Assembly (NCBI RefSeq): GCF_000253055.1
Contig: NC_016070.1
Coordinates: forward strand, 240,001-272,000
DNA length: 32,000 nt
Reading direction: 5' to 3'
Origin: Thermoproteus tenax Kra 1
GTDB lineage: Archaea; Thermoproteota; Thermoprotei; Thermoproteales; Thermoproteaceae
The notes beneath the pieces are model-generated. The model did not search any database. It was not told where the DNA came from and saw nothing but the letters and a program-made list of their open reading frames with translations. The position numbers and the translations under genes were made by a program. Shown one piece after another: positions 16,261 to 26,266 of the stretch (the first letter of the stretch is position 1; every line of letters begins with the position of its first letter).

Positions 16261-18309
16261 GTGTCCGCAGTTGAGCTGGCCCAAGAGGCTGTAAAGAACA
16301 AGGTAAAGGACTTTATCTCTTCGAACGAGCGGGTCCTGGACGAGGTCGTAAATATGATAATACAACACAAGCGGAGCCTCGAAGTGGACTTCAACGACGT
16401 TTTGTTGTTCGACAAAGAGCTCGCCGATCTTATCGTGGAGAGGCCGAAGCAGACTCTGCCCATTGCCGACTCAGCGGTGAGGGAGGTCGTGGAGGAGAAG
16501 GACCCCGAGACGGCGAGAAGGCTCAGGCGGTTCTACTTCAGAGTGAAGGGATCGCCATACGCAATACCGCTCAGGCGGCTGAGGTCTGAGTACATCGGGA
16601 GGCTCATAAGGGTCGAGGGCATTGTCACGAGGCAGACTCCGCCCAAACACTTCCTCTACAGGGCATTGTACAGATGTACACAGTGCGGCTACGAGCTGGA
16701 GCTTGTACAAGAGCTGGAGAAACACGTAGAGCCCCCTCCCCGTTGCCCTAAGTGCGGCGCCACAAAGTCCTTTATGTTGGTGACAGAGCTTTCCCAGTAT
16801 ATAGACTGGCAGAAACTGATAGTACAAGAGAGGCCCGAGGAGCTCCCGCCGGGCCAGCTCCCCAGATCTATCGAGGTGATCCTCTTGGACGACCAAGTGG
16901 ATACAGTGAAGCCGGGCGACATAGTCTCGATTACCGGCGTGTTGGACCTCACTTTGAGCGAGCTAAAGAGGGGGAGGCCGCCCATACTGAGCTCCTACCT
17001 CCAGTCGATCTATATAGAGTCCACCAACAAGGAGATGATAGAGGATATAACCCGCGACGACGAGAAGAAGATACTGGAGCTCGCGAGGAGGCCCGACGTC
17101 AGAGACCTAATAGTTAGATCCATCGCGCCATCGATATATGGGCACGAGGAGATAAAGGAGGCCATCGCCTGCCTCCTCTTCGGCGGAAATGAGATCGTCT
17201 ACCCCGACGGCGTCAGAGTCAGAGGCGATATCCACGTGCTACTCGTCGGAGACCCCGGCACTGCGAAGTCCCAGCTCCTCAAGTTTGTGGCGAAGGTGGC
17301 CCCGAGGGCCGTCTACACCACAGGCAAGGGCTCCTCCGCCGCAGGCCTCACAGCCGCCGTCGTGAGGGACAAGCTGACTGGCGACTTCTATCTAGAGGCG
17401 GGAGCCCTCGTGTTGGCCGACAGAGGGGTGGCGGTGATAGACGAGATAGACAAAATGGACGTAAAGGACAGAGTGTCCATCCACGAGGCCATGGAGCAAC
17501 AGACAGTGTCCATAAGTAAGGCCGGCATAGTGGCGACGTTGAACGCCAGAGCCGCTGTGGTGGCCGCCGCAAACCCCGCCTTCGGCCGCTATCTTCCCAA
17601 CAGGACCGTCGCCGAGAACATAGACCTCCCCGTGTCTCTGTTGAGCCGCTTCGATTTAATCTTCGTAGTGAGGGACGAGCCGCAGGAGGACTACGACAAG
17701 GCCGTGGCCGGCCACATACTCGACCTCCACACAGGGTCGCTCCCCGAGTCCTTCAAGGAGATCATAAAGCCGGACCTCCTGAGGAAGTACATAATATACG
17801 CGAGGCGCCACGTCAAGCCTCAGTTGAGCGAGGAGGCGAAGGACAAGATAAGGCAGTTCTATCTGGAGATGAGGCGGCGCTACCAGGGGCCCGGCTCCGC
17901 CATAGCCATAACGGCGCGCCAGCTGGAGGCCTTGATACGTCTGACGATAGCCGAGGCCAAGATGAGGCTCTCGCCCATAGCCACCGCCGAGGACGCCGAG
18001 AGGGCCATAAGGCTCTACTTGGCCTTTCTAAAGTCGGTGGGCATAGACATGGAGTCCGGGGTAGTGGACATAGACTCCGTGATGACGGGAGTCCCCGCCT
18101 CGCGGCGCGAGGCCTATATAAAGCTCTCGGAGCTTATAAGGCGGCTCGAGGAGGCGGCGAAGGGGCCCGTAAAGCTTGAGGTCCTGTTGGACGAGGCTGA
18201 GAAAGCCGGCGTTCCCCGGGCCGATGCCCAGAGGCTCGTGGAACTCATGATAAGGAACGGCGAGCTCTACACGCCGAGGCCCGGCTATGTGAAGAGGATC
18301 AACGGCTAG
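16261..18309 (+). CDS. mcm: MCM replicative helicase
   Basis: C4 zinc motif CTQCGYE...CPKCG, Walker A LLVGDPGTAKSQLL, Walker B VAVIDEIDKM, arginine finger SRFDLIF and a C-terminal wHTH-like tail. The GTG at 16261 gives 682 aa. The ATG at 16183 would add 26 atypical residues and remove the promoter. Confidence 0.96.
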   Translation: MSAVELAQEAVKNKVKDFISSNERVLDEVVNMIIQHKRSLEVDFNDVLLFDKELADLIVERPKQTLPIADSAVREVVEEKDPETARRLRRFYFRVKGSPYAIPLRRLRSEYIGRLIRVEGIVTRQTPPKHFLYRALYRCTQCGYELELVQELEKHVEPPPRCPKCGATKSFMLVTELSQYIDWQKLIVQERPEELPPGQLPRSIEVILLDDQVDTVKPGDIVSITGVLDLTLSELKRGRPPILSSYLQSIYIESTNKEMIEDITRDDEKKILELARRPDVRDLIVRSIAPSIYGHEEIKEAIACLLFGGNEIVYPDGVRVRGDIHVLLVGDPGTAKSQLLKFVAKVAPRAVYTTGKGSSAAGLTAAVVRDKLTGDFYLEAGALVLADRGVAVIDEIDKMDVKDRVSIHEAMEQQTVSISKAGIVATLNARAAVVAAANPAFGRYLPNRTVAENIDLPVSLLSRFDLIFVVRDEPQEDYDKAVAGHILDLHTGSLPESFKEIIKPDLLRKYIIYARRHVKPQLSEEAKDKIRQFYLEMRRRYQGPGSAIAITARQLEALIRLTIAEAKMRLSPIATAEDAERAIRLYLAFLKSVGIDMESGVVDIDSVMTGVPASRREAYIKLSELIRRLEEAAKGPVKLEVLLDEAEKAGVPRADAQRLVELMIRNGELYTPRPGYVKRING

Positions 18310-18556
18310 TTTGTTCGTAGCGCCGTCCACGCCCCTACCCGATGTACTCGCCTATTTGCGCCGTCTTCGACACTTTTATCGATAAGTAATTGAATGTTAG
18401 CTTTAAGGCCCATCAAATCATACCTATGGATATCATCGTCACTGCTTCATTAACCGCTCCACCGCCCGATAGATAGACGCCACAGCCGAAAGCCTCGCTC
18501 TAAGGCGGCGGCTTTTAAGTTGCAAAACAGTTAAATTCTGAAGCTACGAGGCGCCT

Positions 18557-19351
18557 ATGAACAAGTGGGCCCTTATAATCGCAGCCGTGGGCGTGGTAAT
18601 TATAGCGGGAGCGGTCGCCGCAATTATTGCTATGGGCGGTCAACATCAACAGAACAAACATATCGCCTACTTCTGCGCCGGGGCCACCCCAGCCGTCTTT
18701 CAGGCGATACACCTCGCCGAGGCGGGCGCCCTCGAGGGACAGATAGCGTACGAGGGCCAGACCGTCTGCGTCGGGGTGCAGCTGGCCGAGGGCCAGTACG
18801 AGTACCTCCTCTCGTTGTTGAACTCGAGCATGAGGGTCGGCTCCGGGGGCGTGGCGGTGGTGGAGTACCTGGACCCGACCTGCCCGTACTGCGCTCTGTT
18901 CTACGCGCTGTACGGCGGAGGGCTCGGCTCGTACGTGGAGAACGGCACGGTGACCCTCGCGGTGAGGTACTTCCCGACGCACGTATTCTCGTACTACCAA
19001 GAGGGCCAGTACGAGGCCTTCGACGCAGGCGTCGAGGCCTGGCTCTACTGGCAGTGCGCCTATAGGCAGGGGAGGCTGATGGAGGCCGTGGAGGGGACGT
19101 ACGCCGTAGCCGCGCGCTATATCGAGGACTATCTCAGGACCGGCAACTCCACGGACCTCTCGGTCTATCCGCTGGCCGAGCTGTCCTATCTGTCCCAGAG
19201 CCTCCCGGGGTGCCACGTCAACGCCACGACGGCCCAGCTGGCCCAGCTCGTCCAGTCCGCGCTGGGGCAGGTCTCCTCGGAGGCCCAGAGGATGGGCGTG
19301 CCGCAGAGCATGCTCGGCACTCCGCTGTTTGTGGTGTTCAGAATTAAATAA
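18557..19351 (+). CDS. Membrane-anchored DsbA-like thiol:disulfide oxidoreductase (CPYC active site)
   Basis: N-terminal TM WALIIAAVGVVIIAGAVAAIIA, thioredoxin-fold active site VVEYLDPTCPYCALFY, and a cis-Pro region GTPLFVV near the C-terminus. A TATA-like CAGTTAAATTCTG lies about 23 nt upstream. Confidence 0.8.
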   Translation: MNKWALIIAAVGVVIIAGAVAAIIAMGGQHQQNKHIAYFCAGATPAVFQAIHLAEAGALEGQIAYEGQTVCVGVQLAEGQYEYLLSLLNSSMRVGSGGVAVVEYLDPTCPYCALFYALYGGGLGSYVENGTVTLAVRYFPTHVFSYYQEGQYEAFDAGVEAWLYWQCAYRQGRLMEAVEGTYAVAARYIEDYLRTGNSTDLSVYPLAELSYLSQSLPGCHVNATTAQLAQLVQSALGQVSSEAQRMGVPQSMLGTPLFVVFRIK

Positions 19352-19363
19352 TAGTTAATTATC

Positions 19364-20467
19364 GTGAGAAAACGCCTCTATCTATACTCAGCTCTCCAGA
19401 ACTTCGCGAGCTCCCTCTACGGCCCCTTCGTCAGCTTCGTCGCGGCGACTGAGGGGATGCCGCCGTTGTTGTTGGGCCTCGTCTCGTCGGCCGGCACAGT
19501 GTTCAACAACCTCTCGGCGTTTCTAGTCTCGTTCAGAAGATGGAGGCCTATCAACCTCATCACTGCGGCGAACGTAGTGTCGGCGATCGCCTTGATAGCT
19601 ATGGCGATATACACAGACATATACTCCGTCTACGCGTTGGCCTACGCCCTGGTGGCCATGTCGTTGGGCGCCTCGGGCTACGGCTGGTCCCTACTCCTAG
19701 AGCAGTTCACCAGGAGGAGCAGAGGGATCTCCCTAGCCCAATTCTCCTTTTATTCCACGTTGGGCGGCCTCGCCGCCACGCTTATAACGGGCCTTTTGAT
19801 GAGGAACAACCCAATGGCCATAAAGCTCTCGCTGCTAGCCGCCGCAGGCATAACGTTGGCCAATACGGCGCAGCTGAGGAGGCTCGGGGTTAGGTACGAG
19901 GAGGGGGAGAGGCCGCCTGCCTCCAAAATGGATAGAAGGCTGGTCAAGTTCTATCTGGGCACCTTCGTCTTCGTGATAACGTGGTCGTTCGCGTGGCCTC
20001 TCTTCCCTCTGGCGCAAGTCTACATATACCACATGAACGGCCTACAGGTGGCCGTGCTGCAGATTATAACGGTCGTATCGACGTTGGCCTTCCAGAGGCC
20101 CATGGGCGCCTTCGTCGAGAGGCACAAGAGGCTCTCCTTGTTCCTGGGCAGAGCCACCTTTATGACCTGGCCTCTGATCTACGGAGTCGCCAATAACGTC
20201 TACGAGATCTTCATCGCCTATATGTTCTTCGGGTTCGGGGGATCTATATCCAACGTGGCCTATTTCGCCTACGTGGTGGACAACGCCGAGGATAAAAGGA
20301 GGGCGTTGGGCTACTTCAACTTGGTCAACGCCGCCGGCGCCCTAGTAGGCTCCGAGCTCTCCAGCGCGATATTGAGCTACATCCAGCCCAACGAGAGAGT
20401 GATTAGGGAGATGCTCATCGCCAGCGCCCTCGCGAGGCTCGGCGCATCGTTCCTGTATCTGTTGTGA
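19364..20467 (+). CDS. MFS-like transporter
   Basis: 367 aa with 10-12 hydrophobic helices and a central charged loop (RRLGVRYEEGERPPASKMDRR). GTG start 13 nt after the upstream stop. Confidence 0.72.
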   Translation: MRKRLYLYSALQNFASSLYGPFVSFVAATEGMPPLLLGLVSSAGTVFNNLSAFLVSFRRWRPINLITAANVVSAIALIAMAIYTDIYSVYALAYALVAMSLGASGYGWSLLLEQFTRRSRGISLAQFSFYSTLGGLAATLITGLLMRNNPMAIKLSLLAAAGITLANTAQLRRLGVRYEEGERPPASKMDRRLVKFYLGTFVFVITWSFAWPLFPLAQVYIYHMNGLQVAVLQIITVVSTLAFQRPMGAFVERHKRLSLFLGRATFMTWPLIYGVANNVYEIFIAYMFFGFGGSISNVAYFAYVVDNAEDKRRALGYFNLVNAAGALVGSELSSAILSYIQPNERVIREMLIASALARLGASFLYLL

Positions 20468-20585
20468 CCTTCTGTCCCTAGGCGCCTATCGCCGGCGCTG
20501 CGCCCAAGCGCCCCTCTTGTCCTCGCCCTCGCCGGCGTCTACGATGGCTCCCGTTCCACTCAACGGCGCATCCAGCCCTCGGGCG

Positions 20586-22298
20586 CTATAGGGCCTTCAC
20601 GTCGGCCAAGTCGGCGATGGGGCCCACGTATTCTCTTACAACTCTCTTGACGTCTTCAAGCCTTACCTGCCCCCTTACGGCGGCCACTGGCGCCTCAAAC
20701 TTCATGGGGTCCCTCACTTTGTCCACCACGGCCTCCACGCCCAGGGCGACCTTTATTGCCTCGGCTATCTCGCCCGGGCTTATTCTGTAGCCGTTCACCT
20801 TCAACACGCCGTCCCTTCTTCCGAGGGGAAAGATGTACATATCGTCGTCCATAACGGCGAGGTCCCCAGTGTCGTAGAGCCCATCGAAGACTCTGGGCTC
20901 CAGCGGGAGGGCCGGCCAGGGGGCCTTGACCACTAGCCTCCCCGGTCTCCCCCGCACCGGCCTCCCCTCGTCGTCTACTACGTCCAAATGGAAGCCGGGC
21001 ATAGGCGGGCCGGCCGACGATACCTTGAGCGGCGTGAAGACGTAGTTGGGCAGCTGGCCGGTGAAGAAGGTGCCCATCTCGGTCTGTATAAACGCGTGAA
21101 TCAGAGGGATCCTGCCGCTCAATCTATCCGGCACCGAGTCCACCGCGGGCGTCCTCCCCGTGCCCACATAATAGTACGTCCACTTCCAAGACTCTTCGTC
21201 GAAGGGCTCGGCCGTGGTCACTATTAGGCGGAGGGTGTCCATATTGTGTCTGGCGAGCAGAGAGGGGTCTTGTTTCGATAGATACCTCATTGCGCCCGCC
21301 GTTGTGACAAGGACTGTCACTGCGTACTTCTCCACTATCGACCACCATCTGTCCCACTGAGGATAGTCGGGGCCTCCCTCGTAGACCACAACGGTCGAGC
21401 CCACCATGAACGGCCCGAAAACAAGGTAGGTGACGCCAGTGATCCAGCCCGGCACAACGGTGCAGAAGTAGGTGTCCCTCGGCCTAACGCCGATCCACCT
21501 CGTCGTCGAGAAGGTCTGGACGAGGTATCCGCCGGCCGCGTGGGTCACCGGCTTGGGCCCATCCCTATAGCCAGCGTGGAGGCCGAAGAGGGGGTGCCCG
21601 CTCTCGACGGCGGCCTCCTCGGCCGGCTCGGGCTCGACCTCGGAGAGGAAAACGTCGTTCTTCCTTCTGGCTGTTTGGACCCCCATCCGCTCCACTACCA
21701 AGACTTTGACCGACTCGGGCACAGCTCTGTCCACAGCATCCTTAGTCTTGACGGGCTTCCCCTTGCGCGGGAAGGCGTCCACTGTGACCACCAGCTTGGG
21801 CCCTCTGTTGGCGATCCTCCTCGCCAGTGCGTACCAGCCCCATCCCGTGAATACGGGCTCGAAGGGGGCCCCTATGCGCGCCGAGGCCAACATAAGCGCG
21901 AGAGTCTCTGGAGTCGGGGGAGCGTAGAACACTACCCAGTCCCCTCTGGAGACGCCCAACGCCCTCAAGACGCCCGACATACGCTCCACAAGTTTGTCCA
22001 AATCTGAGTAGGTGTAGGCCCTTACGTCACCGCCCTCGTCCTCCCAGAGCAGGGCCACTTTGTCCCAGACCCAGGTCCCTCTGTGTCTCCCCAGTATGTT
22101 CTCGTAGGGCGAGAGAACGCCGTCTGGAAACCAGACTCTGCCGTCGAAGGCTCTGTTGGGCTTGACCCTCCAGATGAGGTGTTCGGCCTCCCTCATCCAG
22201 AACGAGAAGACGTCCGAGATACTCTCTCTGTATATCCTCTGGAACTCGGCAACAGAGACGGTCTTGTACTTAAGATACGGCGGAATAATGTAGCCCAT
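20586..22298 (-). CDS. Acetyl-CoA synthetase-like (ANL superfamily) paralog with degenerate adenylation motifs
   Basis: Collinear with Acs: THAAGGYLV, YFCTVVPGWITGVTYLVFGP, YEGGPDYP, IQTEMG, YDTGD and GRRDGVLKVNGYRISPGEI. The ATG at 22298 has a TATA-like CTTTAAAAG about 21 nt upstream; the 19 residues before it are not needed. Confidence 0.85.
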   Translation of the reverse strand: MGYIIPPYLKYKTVSVAEFQRIYRESISDVFSFWMREAEHLIWRVKPNRAFDGRVWFPDGVLSPYENILGRHRGTWVWDKVALLWEDEGGDVRAYTYSDLDKLVERMSGVLRALGVSRGDWVVFYAPPTPETLALMLASARIGAPFEPVFTGWGWYALARRIANRGPKLVVTVDAFPRKGKPVKTKDAVDRAVPESVKVLVVERMGVQTARRKNDVFLSEVEPEPAEEAAVESGHPLFGLHAGYRDGPKPVTHAAGGYLVQTFSTTRWIGVRPRDTYFCTVVPGWITGVTYLVFGPFMVGSTVVVYEGGPDYPQWDRWWSIVEKYAVTVLVTTAGAMRYLSKQDPSLLARHNMDTLRLIVTTAEPFDEESWKWTYYYVGTGRTPAVDSVPDRLSGRIPLIHAFIQTEMGTFFTGQLPNYVFTPLKVSSAGPPMPGFHLDVVDDEGRPVRGRPGRLVVKAPWPALPLEPRVFDGLYDTGDLAVMDDDMYIFPLGRRDGVLKVNGYRISPGEIAEAIKVALGVEAVVDKVRDPMKFEAPVAAVRGQVRLEDVKRVVREYVGPIADLADVKAL

Positions 22299-22443
22299 GG
22301 AGAGATAGGCCCCTCTTTTAAAGTTGAGCCTACCTCCGCTATAAGGAGGCGTCAAAAAAAGCTTCCCTCGCGGCGCCGGCCCTCCCTAGAAGGCTGGAGC
22401 CCGCCGATGCCCCTAGGACCTCTGGGCGCCTCCATTTTGCCCT

Positions 22444-22998
22444 CTATCTTTGACTAGAGGCTTGAGGGATCTTCGCCGTCAAGAACGCTATCCCGGCCAA
22501 AATTAGCGCCACGAACAGCAACACTGCGCCGACGATCACTATTGTGAGAACGGCGCCCCAATAGTACAAAGTGCCCGCAGTGCCGAAGAGGCTCTCCCCA
22601 GTCCTCTGGCCCAACACGGCCATGACGCTCTTGAACTTATCCGCCGACAGTAGGAAGAAGACGAAGGCTATCACGAGGACGATTATGAATACGACTATGC
22701 CCAAAAGCGCCATATGTCCAAAGCCGCCCGGAGGAAATAAGGCGAATTCCATCAACGAGAATAGAGAGAAGAGGCTCAGAGCGCCGCCTATAGTCAATAC
22801 CAAGAAGGCTATTATCGCGTATATAAACCACATCACGGAGTCGCTCCTCATCTTCTGATCCCCAAATATATCGGCGAGCGATATGAGCCCCACCAACATG
22901 AGGATGACGCCTATTATGCCAACTATGTGCTCAAAGGCTCCGACTGCCGCCAGAATAGCGCCGACGCCCGCCAGAATCTTCGCGGTCTCTGCGTCCAT
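22444..22998 (-). CDS. Multi-pass membrane protein, DUF996-like
   Basis: 184 aa with about 5 TM helices. The N-terminal pattern ILAGVGAILAAVG...VGIIGVILMLVGLISLADIF resembles the archaeal DUF996 family (call from memory). A TATA-like CTCTATTAATAAAGG lies about 22 nt upstream. Confidence 0.6.
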   Translation of the reverse strand: MDAETAKILAGVGAILAAVGAFEHIVGIIGVILMLVGLISLADIFGDQKMRSDSVMWFIYAIIAFLVLTIGGALSLFSLFSLMEFALFPPGGFGHMALLGIVVFIIVLVIAFVFFLLSADKFKSVMAVLGQRTGESLFGTAGTLYYWGAVLTIVIVGAVLLFVALILAGIAFLTAKIPQASSQR

Positions 22999-23130
22999 GG
23001 CACAACATGTGCTCTATTAATAAAGGATGACGCCGGGCGCAGCCGACGGCCTTTCGGCGAGGGCGCTGGGATCTCCCTAAGGGGCGGGGCCGTCAGGCGC
23101 AAAAGTATATGTATCTCTGCAACTCCATTT

Positions 23131-24243
23131 GTGAGACGCCTCGCCTTAGCGGTCTTGTTGGCCGAGCTTTTGGCCGTCTGGATACTTGCGTCCTCTCTAA
23201 GGCCCGTCCTCCTCAAGCCGTCCGGCGCCGTCAGCTCCGGCATCCCCGGCGGCCTCTCGCTACCCAGCTTGCCCATCCCGATAATTCCAAGCCTGCCGGA
23301 GATCAATGTAACTTTACCCAACATTACTCTGCCCAATATATCTCTGCTCATACCGCCGTTGGCTCTACCCTCTATACCCAATTTTATGAACCTCGGTCTC
23401 GGGCCCGGCCTCGGCGGATTAGGGCTCGGCGGCGCAGGCGGCTTCGGCGCCGGAGCTGGATCGAGCGGCTCTGGCCAGACGGGGGCGAGCCAACCGGCGC
23501 AAGGCGAGGCGCACCCTTTTTCCATCCAGATAGTGGAGTTGAACATATGGCCCCTTTTACTACTGCTGGCGGTGATCGCGGCCTTGGCCGCTGCGGCGGC
23601 GCGCGGCCGGCTGGCCAGAGCCAGATCTAAAGAACCGGGCGAGGCGGAGGCGAGGCCATCGCCGCCTAGGGGGGAGGACCTTCTGGGCCAGCCGCAGACG
23701 GAGCCGGGCGAAGTTGCAGAGGAGCCGCAGATGGCCGTCTGGAGGCCCGCGCCGTTGAGGGGATGGGGAGGCAGCGAGCTCCTATCTCTGCCCATACCGC
23801 CCGATCTGCCGCTCATCTGGGAGTACGGAGCGCCTCTCCCGGCCGAGCCCCGCCAAGGAGCTTCAGTCTCCGTGTCGCCCCCAGGCTCCTTCACCGCCGG
23901 GGCCATACATATGCCGGAAAAGGGATGTTACACTGTAGAGGCGACTGCAGGTATGAAGAGGGAGGCGCACAGAATAAGGGCGGTGAAATACGACGAAGAC
24001 GTCGTCAGCTTGTTCAGACTGAACGCCGGAAGGCTCGCAGGCCCAACTCCCTATACGGCCAGAGAGATAGCGGCCCTCCTCAGAGAGGAGGGCTCGGTGA
24101 AGGACGCCGAAAGCGCTCTGGCCCTCGTGAGGATCTTTGAAGAGGTGAGATACGGCGGAAGGAGGATCGGCAGAGGCAGATATGAGGAGTATCTGAGGGC
24201 GCTCGCCAGAGCTCTAAAGGAGCCCAAGGCGTTGATCTGCTGA
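23131..24243 (+). CDS. Bitopic membrane protein with a Pro/Leu- and Gly-rich ectodomain and a C-terminal DUF4129 domain
   Basis: GTG at 23131 with a TATA-like AAAAGTATATGTATC about 23 nt upstream. TM1 LALAVLLAELLAVWILA, LPNITLPNISL repeats and a poly-Gly tract, then TM2 IWPLLLLLAVIAALAAAAA. The C-terminus YTAREIAALLREEG...LVRIFEEVRYGGRRIGRGRYEEYLRAL is DUF4129-like. Confidence 0.7.
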   Translation: MRRLALAVLLAELLAVWILASSLRPVLLKPSGAVSSGIPGGLSLPSLPIPIIPSLPEINVTLPNITLPNISLLIPPLALPSIPNFMNLGLGPGLGGLGLGGAGGFGAGAGSSGSGQTGASQPAQGEAHPFSIQIVELNIWPLLLLLAVIAALAAAAARGRLARARSKEPGEAEARPSPPRGEDLLGQPQTEPGEVAEEPQMAVWRPAPLRGWGGSELLSLPIPPDLPLIWEYGAPLPAEPRQGASVSVSPPGSFTAGAIHMPEKGCYTVEATAGMKREAHRIRAVKYDEDVVSLFRLNAGRLAGPTPYTAREIAALLREEGSVKDAESALALVRIFEEVRYGGRRIGRGRYEEYLRALARALKEPKALIC

Positions 24244-24244
24244 T

Positions 24245-25288
24245 ATGGCCCGCCCCTCGCTGGCCAAGTACCTCGTCGCATACGCCGCGGTCGTCGCCGT
24301 GTGGCTGGCTCTGCCGGCCCTCGGGCCCGCGGGGAGGGCTCTGTCCCAGTTGATCTTTCTCCCTGCGCTGGCCTATGTGACGCTCTCGCTGGCGGGCGAG
24401 CTACTCGGACGACCCGCCCTCGCACAAGCTCTAAGGTCGGTCGCGGCGCCTTCGACGTCGTTGACCCTCTTCTTCATTGAGCTGAACTCAGTCCTCTCGG
24501 CTTACGCAGGCCTCCGCTCTCCGTTGCTCTCGGGGATACTGGCCGGCCTCGCCGTGCTCTCGGCCGGCCTCGCGCTCAGAAGGTTCGCGGCAAAGTCCTA
24601 TCTCCTTTCCGACAGAGCCGCCCTATCGCTCTCCTACCTCGGGAACTCTCTGACCCTCTTAGGGGTTGCCGACGTGGCCTCCCGATTGCTCCAGCCTCTG
24701 GCGTACCCCTTGGCCCTCCCCTCGCTCGCCTACTTAGCGCTCGCGGCCGTTGTAGCCCTAGGAGGCAGGGCGGGCCTCTCCAGCCTCGCGGTGCGGAGGA
24801 TATCCGGCATAGTAGTCCTTGCGGCCTTCGGCATAGGGGCGCTCTACGCCGTCGTCTCTCTCCCGCAGTTGGCCCCGCTGGCCCCCTACGTCTTCGCCTC
24901 TATGTTGGTGTTGGCGGGCGGCGCCTCGGCCTACGCTGCATACCGGCTGTATATGAGCAGCTCCAGAGTGATAGAGCGCGTGATGTTGGAGCTCTACGAG
25001 GCGCACAAGAGAGAGATCAGAGTGATACCCACGCGGGACTACCTACGTCTTGAGGAGGCCGTCAGAGACTTCGTAGCCGGGGGCAGAAGGGAGAAGCTTG
25101 TCGCCTATCTTGCCTATTCGCTGGCCCAGCTCGATATAGAGTACGAGGAGGTTATGAGGAGGCTCGCCCCCCTCATTCAATACTGGGCCGACCCCATCTG
25201 TTACTACCCCGGGAGGGCGGCCCTCGAGGGAGAGGTCAAGAGAAGGATCGACGTAGTCAACTCCGTGTTGTCCAACGCCTTTACGTGA
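24245..25288 (+). CDS. Uncharacterised polytopic membrane protein (about 8 TM) with a ~110-aa cytoplasmic helical tail
   Basis: ATG 1 nt after the upstream TGA. The body is Ala/Leu-rich and hydrophobic, followed by the soluble tail RVIERVMLELYEAHKREIRVIPTRDYLRLEEAVRDF... Confidence 0.65.
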   Translation: MARPSLAKYLVAYAAVVAVWLALPALGPAGRALSQLIFLPALAYVTLSLAGELLGRPALAQALRSVAAPSTSLTLFFIELNSVLSAYAGLRSPLLSGILAGLAVLSAGLALRRFAAKSYLLSDRAALSLSYLGNSLTLLGVADVASRLLQPLAYPLALPSLAYLALAAVVALGGRAGLSSLAVRRISGIVVLAAFGIGALYAVVSLPQLAPLAPYVFASMLVLAGGASAYAAYRLYMSSSRVIERVMLELYEAHKREIRVIPTRDYLRLEEAVRDFVAGGRREKLVAYLAYSLAQLDIEYEEVMRRLAPLIQYWADPICYYPGRAALEGEVKRRIDVVNSVLSNAFT

Positions 25289-25318
25289 AATATTTTTAGT
25301 CCCGGAGCCATCGGAGGT

Positions 25319-26266
25319 GTGTCCTCTCTTCAAGAGGTGGCCGGCAGAGCCTCCGCAGTTCTCGGCGAAGTCGAGAGGTACTTCGTCGGTAAAAGGGAGG
25401 TTCTGGAGAAGGTGTTGGCCGCGATCTTCGCGGGCGGACACGTCTTGCTCGAGGATGTGCCGGGCGTCGGCAAGACGATTCTCTCCAAAATGCTCGCGAG
25501 AGCGCTCGGCCTCAAATACAGCAGAATACAGTTCACGCCGGATCTTCTGCCGAGTGACATCTTGGGCACTAAGGTCTGGAGGCAGGAGAAGGGCTCGTTC
25601 GAGCTCGTGTTGGGGCCGATCTTCGCCAACTTCGTCTTGGCCGACGAGATAAACAGAGCTCCCCCCAAGGTCCAGTCGGCTTTGCTCGAGGCGATGCAGG
25701 AGGGACAGGTGACCATCGAGGGGGAGACCGTAGAGCTCCCCAGACCCTTCGTGGTAGTTGCCACTCAGAACCCCATAGAGTTCGAGGGCACTTACCCGCT
25801 GCCCGAGGCCCAGTTGGACAGATTTATGATAAAGATCAAGCTGGGCTACCCCGAGGATGAGGCGGAGCTCTTGAGGAGGAGGATCTCGTGGCGCACCGAC
25901 GACCCCTCGGCCAAAGTATCGCAGGTGTTCACGTCGGACGAGCTCATGAGAGTGAGGCAGCTCATCGAGGAGAGGGTGTCCGTTGACGACGACGTAACGA
26001 AATATATAGCGAGCTTTAGGGCGATAAGGCGCGATCCCCGCGTGGCCGCCGGGCCCAGCCCCCGCGGCCTCATGTCGTTGATGAGCCTCGCAAGAGCCCT
26101 CGCCGCTTTGGAGGGGAGGGACTACGTTGTGCCGGACGACGTCAAAAAGGTGGCTGTAGAGGCGCTGGGGCACAGAGTGATCTTAAAGCCGGAGGTAGCT
26201 CTGGAGGGAGTCAGCGGGGAGGACGTAGTTAGAGAGTACTTGTCCAAATTGCCTGTGCCGAAATGA
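25319..26266 (+). CDS. MoxR-family AAA+ ATPase (AAA_3)
   Basis: GHVLLEDVPGVGKT (Walker A), VLADEINRAPPKVQSALLEAMQE (Walker B/sensor), VVATQNPIEFEGTYPLPEAQLDRF and SPRG. It has its own TATA-like AAATATTTTTAG about 25 nt upstream of the GTG. Confidence 0.95.
   Translation: MSSLQEVAGRASAVLGEVERYFVGKREVLEKVLAAIFAGGHVLLEDVPGVGKTILSKMLARALGLKYSRIQFTPDLLPSDILGTKVWRQEKGSFELVLGPIFANFVLADEINRAPPKVQSALLEAMQEGQVTIEGETVELPRPFVVVATQNPIEFEGTYPLPEAQLDRFMIKIKLGYPEDEAELLRRRISWRTDDPSAKVSQVFTSDELMRVRQLIEERVSVDDDVTKYIASFRAIRRDPRVAAGPSPRGLMSLMSLARALAALEGRDYVVPDDVKKVAVEALGHRVILKPEVALEGVSGEDVVREYLSKLPVPK

Noticed and set aside
16131-16463. N-terminal 111 aa of ORF 14982..16463, and the ATG at 16183 as the mcm start. 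Together they would make the MFS and mcm genes overlap head-to-head by 281 nt.
   Set aside because: The extension is S/T/R-rich junk. In-frame GTG starts (16130 for MFS, 16261 for mcm) give normal N-termini and leave a spacer with a correctly placed TATA-like box.
18310-18556. Moderately AT-rich spacer downstream of mcm as a replication origin.
   Set aside because: It has only one short palindrome (TTATCGATAA) and one copy of CGTAGCGCCG. It lacks repeated ORB-like boxes and a long AT-rich core. It is better explained as terminator plus the promoter of the DsbA-like gene.
22923-23906. 327-aa minus-strand ORF. Other long antisense ORFs of the same kind are 25043..26173, 18515..19216, 5458..5949, 13880..14476, 15646..16149 and 5010..5570.
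   Set aside because: All lie antisense to, or out of frame with, genes that have clear family motifs. They are R/G/P/S/A-rich, as expected for spurious open frames in GC-rich DNA.
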